A DNA stretch of 64,000 nt. Origin: Chlorokybus atmophyticus (lineage: Eukaryota; Plantae; Mesostigma and Chlorokybus algae). The notes under the pieces were generated by a model. That model searched no databases. It worked only from the letters and a program-made list of their open reading frames with translations, and was not told the DNA's origin. Within the stretch, counting starts at the first letter, position 1, and every line of letters starts with the position of its first letter. The stretch covers positions 492,650 to 556,649 of the forward strand of contig RHPI01000193.1 in NCBI GenBank assembly GCA_009103225.1, given 5' to 3'. The translations under genes and the position numbers were made by a program. Below, one piece after another: positions 1 to 13,024 of the stretch.

Positions 1-1746
1 CGCTGTTGCAGCTCGAGCCGCCTGGCAGCAACGCCGTTACTCCATGTAAAGCATCCCCGACACCAGCTGACAAAGACTTGCAGGTATGCAATGCACTTGT
101 CACACACGACATCTCTGCTGAGATTAGTTAATTCAAGAAGCGGTCAGTCATAATTAGCATTATCATCGCGTAATCTTGCGTGTGCGCGTACAGCTTGGGC
201 CTCCAAGCACAGACGTAACCCCACTGAAGCCTTTCCAGCCAACAACAGCAACCCCAGGCAAAGGCCAGAGCAGCATACTCCCGTCACCATTTAAGAACCT
301 CGACAGCATGTCAATACTCTTTGCCGAAGTGCGAGCGCAGAGGGCCGAGCTTCAAACTCAGACCCCTACCAAGGGCTCTGCGGGTGGCGTGTTTGACAGC
401 GAGAATGCGTGCGATGGCTTTGCGTTCCAACATGTGTCTCAAGCTGAAACGCGTTCACAGAACTTGCATCACCAACAACAAGCGACAGTTGAAGAACAGA
501 CTACTGCTACAAGATGGGCGAGTGACTTATTTCTGGGAGCAGCTGCTGGGGTGCATCGTGGTGATGGTCGTAGCATGGCTGCGCCGTCAATACTTGACAG
601 CCGAATGTCGCTTCCCGATCTTGAAAACTCCAATTGGGTGAGTTGCAGTGCACTGTACGGTACTGCTGCACAGCACTGGTACATACATCTTATGGACACC
701 GCACACGCACAGGTACATGTACATGCATGTTAACCATGCGTGCATGCGTGCGTGCGTGCGTGCACGGAAGCATAATAAAGGGTACGATGCATACACAAGC
801 CAACAGGCCTGCACTCAAAGACGTAATGGAGTGCACACCCTCCCACACAGTTGCGCGCGCACCTGCCCATGCACGCATTCATATTGCCTGCATGCGTGCT
901 TATTATCTCCGGGTGTCGCTGCAGTCGCTGGGCGCGACAGTGGTGGCGGCAGCAATGGCGGACAGGCAAGCCGAGCCTCAACTGCAGCACAAGGGGGGCA
1001 GCATGGCAGGAGAGCCTCTGGCCAAGTCATTGGTCCCTTTGACAGCAGAAAATGAGCTATCTTTGGGCGCCGACACTTTGCTAACCTTGTTGAACGACAA
1101 CAGTGTCGGTAAGAGGCTGTCATGACATGAGTTGGTCAGCGTGCAACCCACATGCTATACCCAACACGGACATCTCAATGAGTGTTGCATTGCAAAGCAG
1201 GGGATGTAAGGGGCCCTTCAACCAGCCAGCCCACAATAACAGCACCAACAAGTCAGAAGGTTGGTGTCGCTCGCAGACCTTTACGGGCGCTGTTTCACCC
1301 GCTCCCTGGCCAAGTCACAGGGGTACGTGATGATAAAGTACCGCCTAGCTACCTTGGTGTCTTGTCATGCATGAATTGTGTGACTGCATGAGTAATAGAA
1401 GAACTGGGTCACTTTGCAGGAAGAATGCACAGCTTCTCCAATAAAGCCGCCTCCTCCCGTGCCTGCACAGCAGCCGATGAGGCAACCCTCTCCACCGCTA
1501 AACTCTAGCATTAGCACTACTCAAGCCTCTCAAGCCAAGGTGGCGCCTGTAAATAAGACTACTGCTGCACCCAAAGCGCCCAAAGCGCCAGCGCGGAAGC
1601 CGCAAGCAAGCGGTAACAGAAAGCGCAGTGCTTCCCAAGCCTCGGCAGCAACGCTGGATGGCGTCGAGGTCGGCCTTGCCAATAAAGCGTTGGCGGTAGC
1701 TATGGGTGGCACGCAACCGCGCTTCATGTCATTGGCAAAGAAGTAG
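1..1746 (+). CDS. 3' part of a spliced gene for an uncharacterised low-complexity (Ser/Thr/Pro/Ala-rich) protein; 5' end lies outside the window
   Basis: Donor CAG|GTATGC near 83 and acceptor GTACAG near 192 join in frame to ORF 176..733. Further exon-like blocks at about 925-1110, 1200-1323 and 1419-1746, ending ...LANKALAVAMGGTQPRFMSLAKK*. No family recognised. Confidence 0.6.
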
Positions 1747-2953
1747 GCAGTTGCAACCTCTGTCTCTAAGCTTAGCCAATTTTTACAGTACAGTAGACAG
1801 AGATTCGTTGGTTGTTGTGAATCTGCCCTTTTGTGTACTAGTGCGAGGGTCCAACAAGTGGATCACGTTCCACTGCTAAGTCACAAGCCAAGTATCTGCC
1901 AGAATCGTATGTGAGCACTCAATGTCTGCTAGCTTCTGCTTTTGGTGCCCATGACATCTGAATGTGAGCAAAACGTGCCATTGCGCAGTGCTGGAACACT
2001 ACAACTGGGCTTGTCTTTCTATCGGTTGGATTGGCTGTTAGCTTGATCAGCATTAGCAGAGTTCTCTATCTCACTACTAAAGGCGGAGATACGCAGTGTT
2101 ACTCAAACACGTTCATTCACATTACCGCTATGTACCGCCCAACGGCTGCTGGCTCACTGTGGTAATCTTTGCGTAGGTGAGCCCCTGTCCTACTCTCATA
2201 CACTAACAGCGACATACTACTACTTGGACATGGATTGCTGTGCGGGGCTGCTGAGGGGCCCAGCGCACCATTGCTTGCTTTACCGTTGTTGCTGGCTTGC
2301 TGCTTGCCTTACTCTAACGCTAACTTGTCTGCTGTGCACCTACTGATATGACTGTACGTGTGTGTAAGTGTGCCGCTGTGCATTGCATCGTGCTTGCTTG
2401 TTGGTTGAACCACATCAGTGAACGCATCGTTTTTGCCCGTGCACTACTGTAAGCACAGTCACTTGCTGATGTTTCTGTCGTTGACTGGAGGCTGTGGGCA
2501 GGGAAGTACAGGGCGCAGCGCAGATGCCAAACTGCCATGTGAGCCAATCGCATGCATGCGCCCTGCTACAGTTGCATGCTCAATAACAGTGTCAGCACGC
2601 AGTGGTCATGCACAAAAGCTGGATGGTACAATTTGTAATGTCGCCCTTTTGCCATGCCGCACTATGCTGCAGGAGGGGGGACAAGGGCTGCTGACTCGTT
2701 GCACCCTCCCCTGCTTTACTATACCTTATGCCTGGTTGCGCAACGTTGGTGTCACACATGGAATTGCATGTGCGAGTTCCACCTTGCATCTTTTGTAAAA
2801 CGGTGGGTAAGCCGCTGTCACAATCAACCACACAGGACCCAAGCACATTTATGTCACTTCCTGTACAATACTGTTGTAAATGTACAAAACATGAGCAACT
2901 ACCCGACACTACATGCCAGGCAGCAGCGTCTCCAACTGTACACATCAACCTAT

Positions 2954-5900
2954 CTATACCCGCAATAGACCTGCCGAAGGTTGCCTGATCTGCGCGTTGG
3001 CGACATCATGATAGTATAACAATAGACAAATAGGCTGACCGAATATACAAAACGTCAACCAGAACAGCATGTTGCCGAGCGAATCATTCTTCAACTTCTT
3101 CTGGATTATATTGCCCATGATAATGAGCGGAACCTGACACAACATGCTCAGCAACAGTACATACAGTGTTGCCTGCTGTTGCATTGCTTACGTACACACA
3201 TATGCACGTGTGCATGTATGTGCATGCGCTCATCGGTATGCTGCGTGTTCACAGCAGTATGCGTGCCATGTACCTGCATCATGATGCCCATGAAGGCCCA
3301 GAGGCGCAGCATGTGGCAAGGGATTCCGACAAGCACCTCATGCATCACTGCAGACACGAAGAAGACCAGCAGAATGGACTGGGACTTGTTCAGACCCAAG
3401 CGCAAAGCGGGAAAGTATATGTGCCTCAATAGCCACTTGTGCACCTGCAACAGCACATGCGCCACAGGTAAGAAAGTTGCCACTCTACTGGTGGACAGTT
3501 CATCTGTCGTGTGTGGCAACGAGTATCTCAAGGTAAGAGCAGCGCTCACACCCAACATGCGCACGCACCCACCAACTCAAATTTTTGTACATACACAACA
3601 ACACCCATGCGCATGCACACACGGGTAATATCTATGTTGCGTACCGGCATGTTCCACAACCTCCAGTATTGCTCTATGGTTGTGGCGTTCCACCAGTCCT
3701 TATAAAACTCCTGTGTATATGCATCAAAGCAAGCATGCCACGTCAGCACAACAGACAAGTGTTTTCCATAACGTTACACGAAATCAGCAGTAGGTCACTG
3801 ATTACCCGATCGCCGAAGCGGAGGATTTCAGCTAGAATGTTCAACCACAGGTGGAACAGAGTGTAGAACCCACAGAGCCAGACATACAGAACCGGCAGCG
3901 ACAGCTGCGTGAAGTGAAGCGTCAGACCAATTGTTTGCAAGTGAGCTGAAGAGGTTTGAAGGTGGATGGCATACACGACAGCTGCAAGGCTGACTTGACA
4001 CACCTTGAGGACCCTTTCAACAATCTTCCCGAAGTGCATCTCCTCCCAGCCTTGTCTTGCGTTGAGTATAATGGGTTGTACGTACTGCAGTGCATCAATA
4101 CCATCAGCTATATGCAATGTTTTGAGGTGCGTACGCGCAGGCCTTGTCGGCACATGTACATGAGTGCATCTCGAGCACATATAACCGACCCAACAATCGA
4201 CCTACCATTCAGCGCTATTTGCTACTGACATGCTTACCTGTTCAATAATAAACAACTCCAGGCTCATGAACACAATGAGCTCGCCTATCCTTCTCAGCAG
4301 CCATCTTGCTCGCAGCCGAGGGGACCGAGGGAAGCTCAACTATGCACACAAGCACCTATATGAGCATGCATGGCAGAGGCAGCCCAATTCATGATGACCT
4401 TGGTTACAACCACCAACCTGGTAACAGAGCGTTGGGGCTGCCATGAAGTACATCACATTACGCAGACTGATGTTTTCTGGGTACTGTACAACCTCAGCAT
4501 TCGCAGCAACCTGCATAAGAACATGAAGCTTGTTCAGCAATGGGTGCGCGAATGCGCACATGTAAACATACATATTTTGTAAAGCCCCTGTCACAATCAC
4601 CTGTGGTTGCTGCTTGCCTTGCTTAAGCAGCTGACGCTCATCATAACAAACACATGCATATGACACCAGCTTCATCCAGGTCACCATGGTGAGCATGAGG
4701 AGGACGACCCCAGTAAGAGGCTCACTGCGCACTCTGCACGCATAGCAGTTGCACAGCAGTTCAGTGTCAAATAGGTCGAGTCTCAGATGCGATTATGCAT
4801 GCTTTCTGGTGGAGCGCTGACCTGTGTATGACATAACTCGGCACAAAGAAGCTAGCGCATATGTTCAGAATGTGAAACAGAATGGCTGCTTTGTCCGGCA
4901 GATTGGAGAAAGCAGCGAGGCGTTCAATCGACAACGCGAGGAGGAAGTACATTGGCAAGGTGAGACCAGCCAGCAAAAGTGGCCAGTCCTTGAGGGCGCT
5001 GACATTAAGCCAGAAACCGGGCTTTATCAAAATGCCATACTTCAACATATTCTCCAAAATAAGCCGGCTGTTGGCCGCCAGTATAATAACCATGCCCAAG
5101 TTTATAAGCCCTGCATGGCGCTGCGGACCAAAGAAGCTGGTTAATCCGCAGTGTGTGCTCGCACATGCACTGAGCGCACGCATCACATGTATGCTCACCT
5201 GGTACGACAACGACTCCGAACTTAGCAAGCTATATTTGACTCGTTGATGCACAGGAGTGGATGCTCTCATCATCTTGGGATCGAGCTTGTTGATGCGCAA
5301 GTCCTCACCATCCTTCACATCGCCTAAACAGATGTGAAGGTTGGTGTTCATGTGTGGTGAGACCAATCACAGAATGCAACAGCCATGCCACGACCTGGCC
5401 AAGACAAAGAAACACACCTAAACGCCGAAGGCTGTCAGTGGACGCTGTGCGGTCTTGAGGACCAAGGCGGTGCGGACCTGAGGACAATTGTGTATTATGG
5501 TTAGTGACCTATGCATAGATGATAACAGCCTGCACTGAAGTGTGAGCACACCAGATGGACTCGCATTGGAGTCACTGCTCGTGCGGAAGGGATGCAACGG
5601 AGGTGTTGAGCGCTCAGACTCTGAATGGGCATCACTTGAGGATGAGGCGTCCAAACGGCACCCAGCCTCCTGAAGTAAGTTGATATGCATCAATGCGACA
5701 GCCATTGCCAACCTCCATGCAACACTGACACCCACAGCTTGCGCAGCTACGCAGAAAATACCAACGGCATCAACTTGTGTAAGCACCTGCAAGGCTGTGA
5801 CCCAGTCTCTACCATTGCCAACGTCAGCTGTACTTAGACGCATCAACATATCGCCACGTGAGTCCACTGCCAGTAGAGGGCGTTTAGCAGTTGCATGCCA

Positions 5901-7155
5901 TGCAAGCACAGATAAAGGCAACAATGGGTAGATTGCTTACATATACATATGGTGTAGTACTTGCTGCGCTTGAAGCCTTCTATGCGCAGCGTGCAGCCGG
6001 GCAGATGCACTGAACCCCGAGGGTACTGATCCTTCTCTTTCTCAGTCTTGTAGTACACCAAAACGTCCCCTGACAAGCTGAGGATCGCACAAACACATCA
6101 AGCAATGCATCGCGCATACGTGCGTGCACGTACGTGGGCACACATGCGCAGCATACATTATTACTTTAAACTTATGTACACATATCATGAGCACAAACAA
6201 CTCACCTGAAGTAACGCAAGGACCATGGTTGTTCCAGCAGCCCTGCCCATGGACGGAATTTGTACAGATATCCACATTTTCGCACGCCTGCCAGCAAGCC
6301 GCCATCCTTCTGTGGAAGAACACAGCAGCAGAATTTGGCACTGCGCATGCTTGTGAAAGCTGTCTAGACTTGAGTATCCACACGTACCTTTGCTAGCATG
6401 TGCCTTAATCGACTGATCTCATCGCGCAGCAGTGCGGCTTCTTCAGCACGCGGGGAGCTGGGCGGGCCTGTTGAGTCAGAACCATATCCACCGCCACCTG
6501 CAGAACGAACATCAAGATCCCAGCTTCTCGACCCACCCAACCTCACCTCGCACCTCACACAATCCTTGCAATGACCGCATACACTTGTAATAACACTGTC
6601 TAGCAGCTCAGTCAACATCATACAAAGCGCATACAAATACTGCAGCCAGCGCATGCAAGTTGTTCATTGCCACGATTGATAACGTGACAAGGACATTTTC
6701 TGAGCAACAGCAGCATGCATAACTCTCGTCACCACTGTGAGCACTACAACACCATATTCAAACGGTCCGGACAATCGACCACAAACGCCAATGACGCATT
6801 GCTGCAACACGCACTCTTGCTAGCAACTGTTTTGAGCGCGCATGCCATGGGTGCTAGAAAGCTGAATCATAGCTAGAACATCTCAGCAATTACAGCCCAA
6901 CGCAAACTCCTAATCTGCAACCTCTCACGCCAGTGCCCTGTCGCTGCATGCTGTGGCAAGTACTGTTCTGAGATGCGGCACTGCGGCAGGCCAACGAGCA
7001 GCGAACAACTATTCACACCGTCACCGAAAACATGTCCATCAATTAAGCGAGCAGGCCGCAAGCAGCACCTCGCAACACAAGCAGAACTGCAACGCTGTAC
7101 CTCTGGGGCTGCTGTCGCCTCCGAGATTGGACTTCCCTGCCCGGCGGCGGGCCAT
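2954..7155 (-). CDS. DGAT1: Diacylglycerol O-acyltransferase 1 (MBOAT) with an N-terminal PH domain, multi-exon
   Basis: MBOAT motifs: HQRVKYSLLSS, RHAGLINLGMVII..ANSRLILENMLKYG, YPENISLRNVMYFMAAPTLCYQ, FHLWLNILAEILRFGDR|EFYKDWWNATT, SAVMHE, GNMLFW. PH exons: GYLYKFRPW..WSLRYF, VLVYYKTE..YPRGSVHL, DWVTALQ. Exon 1 (7155-7101, MARRRAGK...) splices in phase to the exon at 6498. Confidence 0.95.
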
Positions 7156-7386
7156 GACGGCAGGTCACCAACCAAGGCCCGTATCCGTACGATCGACACT
7201 AATAAGCACAAAGACAACAGCGCTACGGACGACACTAACCCCGCCGCCTTGGCCACCGGCTATGCCCGCAGCACTCAGCACTGCCACCTAAGCTCTATAC
7301 CAGTGCTGACGCTGGCATGGGCAGCTCTAAGCAAAACCGTCACGCATCATGCACGTCATGATGATCTCTACGTCACTTTCTATTTT

Positions 7387-7485
7387 GCCAGCGTCACGCT
7401 TGTGCAGGCGTAACGCTGAAAGCACTGCCGTCATGCAGCATTTGCGTCATGCTGATCTCGTCGTTTCAGCACAGGCGTGACGCTG
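7387..7485. promoter_or_regulatory. Inverted repeat and CGTCATGC motifs in the DGAT1/PILS divergent promoter
   Basis: CAGCGTCACGCTTGTGC (7389-7405) and its near-perfect reverse complement (7469-7485, 1 mismatch) flank CGTCATGC at 7429-7436 and 7445-7452. The regulatory role is inferred from position only. Confidence 0.4.
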
Positions 7486-7909
7486 CCGCAGTGGCTGCTT
7501 GCGTGGCAGCAGAGGTGGCGGCGGCGGAGGTGGTGCAGGACACGGTTGAGGTGGCGCATGTTGGCGTAGAAGCCACTAGCTCAAGGCTGCTTGAACCAAC
7601 TGGATGATGCTCCTCCTAACTTTCTACTGCTTGCCAGAAGCCTCTATCACTTGTTAGCAGCAGTGGACAGTCAGTTGAGCTAGCAGTCCTCATTGAGGTC
7701 CAGCAAACTGCTTGGCCACAGCCATATCAGTTTGACTTGGCTGGTGGAGTTAAACTTGTTCCTGCCATCTGCAAGGGGTGCGGACAGTGGAGAAGCGCTT
7801 GTGGCGTTCAACCAGCCTGGTTACGTGCAAGTCTCTCCTACATGTTGCTTTACAGCTTCGCCAGCTCAGGGTGGGAGCAGCCCCCTAGCAGGTCCGAGTG
7901 TAATAGAAG

Positions 7910-10571
7910 ATGTTTGCGGATGCCCTGGCGACCAGCGCCAAGGCTGTTGGCCAGGTACGTTCCTTCTGCATGCTGAGCAACTTGTGTTGATTGCCTACAG
8001 TGTCTTGCAACCCGATAGCATGCTTGTGGCGACAACAGTTATAAACGGCTTCCGACCGTCCGCATTTGCTGACCGAACCATGTTCGTACCTTTGTTTTAC
8101 GTACAAGCTTGATCACCAGGGTGTGCTTCGTTGATGATCACGATATATGAACATGCAAGTCCATGTGACTGTTGTCTCTTAGCAGGCATAGACGAGCACT
8201 TGCGCGTATGTTCCGTTGATGATCTTAGTTGACATACGCAGGTGTTGACTATATGTGCTGTTGGCTACTGGAGCGCTCACTATGGACTGCTGCACAGCAA
8301 AGCGCTCACAGATCTCTCAAAGGCAAGCGTGCCAACCCAACGTGTTGCTCAAATGGGGCATTTCATCTGCGCTTCATGGAAACGTGACTTGACTTTGTTG
8401 CTGTGGGTTGCATATGCAGCTTGTCTTCTCGGTTTTGATGCCATGCCTCGTTCTGTACGTGAGTCAGTACTACACCGCAAGCAACTTGAGCAGCTGGGTC
8501 GCATTGCCAATTGCCGGCCTCGCACACATTGTGTTGGGCTTTCTTCTCGGATGGGTAGCGTCTCAGGTACTATTACCCAACTTGTTACAGCATCTGCGGT
8601 TGCCCGTCACTAGACTTGCTGATTCCGGTTGCCTTACTCCAGATGCTGAAGCTTCCTGATGCTGACAGCCGCATGGTGACACTGTCCACAGCCTTTAACA
8701 ACTCTGGCGCAGTCCCGCTTGTACTCATAGATGCTATAGTGCGCAACTCTGCTCGTCTCTCGGTACGTATAAAGCTTCGTTGCAGTGCATTATAGGTTCG
8801 GAGTGTTTCATGACAGTACTTGTATGCAGAAAGAGAGTTCAGCATCACAGAGCGCGCTGGCAATGGTCATGGTGTACTCCATTCCTTGGCTGCTCATCTT
8901 CCTTAGCATTGGTATTGACATCATACGTGGGACAAAGGATGAAAAAGAAGTTTCCACTCCAACATCCAGCCAGCTGTCCAGTCATCCATCTCAAACAATC
9001 CTTGCAACGGCCCTGCCGACCTCACCCGCATCAAGCCGAGGACGATCGCGCGTGTCCGATACACATATGGTAGACATTGCCATCAACAGCGTGGACAGTT
9101 CAGCATCTGGCGCCGTGTTAGAACGCCTTAATGCAGCTGAGTCTGCTTTACCCGAGCTGGCGAACAAAAGCGTGGAGCCAGTAGTGTTGCAGCAAAGCCC
9201 TTCAAAGGCGTTGCGTCCGTTATGGCTAAGAGCAGCTCTGAGAGTACGTCGCTGTTTTGCATGTCTTGTTGTCAGATTTATACCGCTGCATGCCTACAAG
9301 CACGGAGTTGACTGCTTTGACGTTGGTTGCAGCTGCTGCGTATTCTCAACACGCCAACCAACATTGCACTTGCAGCTGCACTCATCATCGGTCTCGCTGC
9401 TCCAATCAGGGTAAGCTGTTGCGATGGGTTTGGGTCATAATAGTAATGAAAAGATGAGCCAAAAGTCTTAACACAACATGGTGCAACTAGCAAACGCTGC
9501 TCATTAGGCCACATGCTGAAGCATAGTCAGCCGATCTCATACAAAGTCAATATGGTATGGTTGCTGACTCGCGCATGGTTTGTGCTTGGGTGCGTATTCA
9601 AGGAGTTGTTGAAGGACTCACAACTAACACTGAGCCCCTTACTGACCGGACTCCTGTGTTGATTGCAGAAGTTGTTCTTTCCAGCAAGTGCACCACTTGG
9701 CTGGTTCATGGGCGGTATTGGAGTGTTGGGCAATGCCACTATTCCTCTGGCCACGCTGATCCTAGCTGGAAGGCAAGCATATAGCCAACAACAGCATGAG
9801 TTGTTAGGTTCACAGCCCTTACCAGCATCAGCTCTGTTTGCTCAAAGCCTTCTGCTCACTGCACCCATGACTTGCGCAGCTTGCACATGATTGTCGCTCA
9901 GATGATGGCAGCGCGCGCAGCCAGAAAGCGACGAAATGAGGAGCAACATGCCACGCAAGAGGGGATGCACTTGACACCACCAAGTGTACGCCTGACAGTG
10001 GTCGTGTGCGTTCTGAGACTCATCATCATGCCCGCGATCTCCTTCCCACTGAGTAAGTGTACATCAGTACAAATGTTATCCAGACATGAGCAGCCCAGGC
10101 ACTGTGCAGCACCTCATATCATGTGAATGAAATGTGTTGCGTTGGGTGCACGGGCTGCAAGTACGTCATGTTGACCAATCACTTGTTGCGCAGCTTTCTT
10201 GGCACAGAAGAAGGGCCTGTTAGGCACACCTACGAACCTGTTGCTTGAGCTTGTGATTCTGGTGAGTTGCTTGCAAGGGTGTTCACATGTTGACGATGTT
10301 GCGCTATTGTTCTCATAAGGTGCGTGTTAGGTGCAATCAGCAGCGCCAAGTTCACAGCTGCTCATCTCCTTCTACCAGCTGTATGGCTTTGAGAAGCAGG
10401 CAGCCAGGCTGTCTTTCATTTATCTTCTGCAGGTAAGCGTTGATCAAGGTCACAGCGCGATTGCTTACAATGGCTCTACTGTGTACTCACCAAAAGTTGT
10501 TTGTGCAGTACGTGTTTGGCATTGCCAGCGTAACTGCTGCTATTGTTGCGGCTCTATCCTTTGTACACTAG
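7910..10571 (+). CDS. PILS: PIN-LIKES (PILS) / auxin efflux carrier family membrane transporter
   Basis: Spliced model: MFADALATSAKAVGQ|VLTICAVGYW..LSK|LVFSVLMPCL..., AFNNSGAVPLVLIDA, QKLFFPASAPLGWF..LGNATIPLATLILAGSL, LRLIIMPAI, QSAAPSSQLL, YVFGIASVTAAIVAALSFVH*. Two hydrophobic halves with a hydrophilic loop. Confidence 0.88.
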
Positions 10572-11824
10572 CATCAGCAGCTGCTGTGGCATAATCTTTC
10601 CAGGGACAGGGTGCGCTCAATACCGTGGTTGAGTAAACCTGCTTCGTCAGCTTGCTTGCCATGATCAGTGCTTGGCGTGAACATGCCAAGCGGCAGGCAT
10701 TACATTGCAGTGGCTGGACGGTCTCTGCGATGTACACTGTGAACTATGCACTCTCCTCACTGTCACGTGTACTTGTTGGCATGCAATTGCTTGTGGTACA
10801 CGTGAGCAACAGGCCCCAATGATGTGGAGGGATGGTCTTACAGTACTGCGCTCGCAATACCGCTATGCGGGTCCAGCTTGCCTTGCTTGACAACATAAGC
10901 AGCTGCTGTTTTGTGTGTGCATCTGTGCGTGGCGTGTTGGTATGCCCACCACAATGTCCGAGTGTTGAAGTCCGGTAGTGTTCGTTGCCCTTGTCGTCTG
11001 TTGGCTTGTGGGGACCCGGCTACACGCTTGTAGTCAGAGATTATGCTACAATGGGCACAACAGGGCCCAAGTTCGCAACATCACACACCTGACACATTTA
11101 TCCCTATTAGTCATCGTCTACACAAACGTGTCACATGGTAGTGAGGTCCACATCTTCCAACAAAATCGGAGCAAAGACACAAGTGGACTTGCACTGCACA
11201 CGTATTTCACCGCCAGTGCTAGCAGAAGCTTGCACGCGCCGAAACGCGGATGATTTGTGCTGCTGAAACGAGCGATGAAGCGCACCACGAACTTGCTCAA
11301 CCCACATCAATGTATAGTGCGGTGCGTGCATTAGGAATTACCTCTGCAAAGGGCTCACCCAATCCACCAACTGTCCACCTAAGCTGTCTCCATGGCCAGG
11401 ATGCGCTTGTACCTGCAGGGGTCACATAGTACGAGAGCATATTCTTTGAAGTTGCCCTGTCACGCATTGATAGCAATCGCAGTTGCTACACCTTTGATGT
11501 CCGCGCTTGTGGTGTGGGGTCAAATGGTTCACCTTTCTTGGTGATTGCGATTCACATAAGGTTTTGCATAGCCTGCTTATGAGATTGGCCGTGTTGCAAG
11601 CATCTTGCGTCCTCGCATTGCGTACTTGTACACACAAGCGCATACACAAACCCAAAGACGCCAATATTGTCAAAGCAGATGGTTGTCATGAGAAGCAGTA
11701 ATTACAGGAGTGCTGCCGATCCTGACTCCAACACAAACAATCATATAGGTCAAGAGAGCGCCAGCAGGGCAACCCAAGTTGCAACCACACGCTGCACAAC
11801 AAATCTAAAAAGGGGGGCGTAGAG

Positions 11825-12750
11825 GTAGGCGTAGGAGTAGAGTAGGTAGCCCGGTAGTCGTGTATGTAGCAACGAAGTGAGTGTATAATGAATGGGATGC
11901 GAGGATTGTGGCATGCTGCAAAGTGTGACACACGCATGAGCAGTCCACTCACCACACCATGAAGCACTTACATTAACCACCGGGCTGCTGACCTAGGTAC
12001 TACCTACCTACCATCGCTAGTGCCCATACCCCATTAGACATGCATGCGTGCGTCATCACCTGCACATGCGCCTTGTGTTGTGCAGTGTACACAAGATGGA
12101 AGAGGCAAATCGCACATGGCAACCTACGTGCACATGCAATCACAAACACCACAAGCACTCAGCAACTAGACCACCGGTCTAAAGCCCCTGCATGCTACCT
12201 ACCACTACTTCTCACCCTACCAGTACTGCCCCCTGTCAGATGCATGCATGCACAGCCACTGCAATCACCTGCACATGCGCCTTGGTTAGCGGCCTTGCAG
12301 CAACAGCGACCAACAGCAGCAGGCGGACTTGGACTCCCCCTCCCTCCCCTACACCCTCGCCACCTCCACCACCACTCTGCGTTGCATGCGTAGTGTGGTC
12401 TGAATGGGCATACCCCTTACGCACTTTTGGTCCACAGCCGCTGTGAAGGTGACTACCACTTAGGCATGGACGTGTACTACATAGCACGAACATTTGCTGC
12501 CTGTATTAGTAATGAGAGAGACCACTGCCAAGTGATGCATGAAGTGCGGTAAACAATGCGACCTATCTACCCAGCGGCAAGCAACAAACCAATAATTTAC
12601 TAGCACAGCAACATCGTCACAACATACACACACAAGAAAGACTTATTACACCAGGGGGCATGACTAACAACGGGGCAGTAGGAGTAGAGGTACAGTACGG
12701 AGTAGAATCAGCCCGGTGGTCGTACATGCAGCACGAAGGTGCGTGTAGCA
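11825..12750. repeat. Degenerate dispersed repeat (GTAG-rich flank plus AGCCCGGT(A/G)GT core), three copies here
   Basis: Core at 11848-11858 (+), 11976-11986 (inverted) and 12710-12720 (+). A fourth copy lies at 34215-34225 (inverted). Confidence 0.45.
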
Positions 12751-13024
12751 TGCTATTTGATGCATGGTGTGAACACGCATATTTATAACAGCCTCGTGCT
12801 TACCCTGTACAGTGCAATACATACACAATTCAAGCTGCACACCCTTGTAGAGCTAGTGCTGCGCCACCCTTTATTGACTTTCTCCAGCTAACCTTTCTTC
12901 CTCGCTCCATGCCGGCTTAAAAGGCATCAACTTGCAAACCCCCGAATCAAAAACCCCACCAGCATGCGAGCAGCACGCCACACCTGCGAGCCAGCTTCAA
13001 GTGCCAGTGGCCGCACAGCGGTTG

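Noticed and set aside
11100-11700. Protein-like text on the minus strand (TSADIKGVATAIAINA*QGNFKEYALVLCDPCRYKRIL)
   Set aside because: Multiple stops, no consistent splice model and no recognisable family; cannot be supported as a gene or pseudogene.
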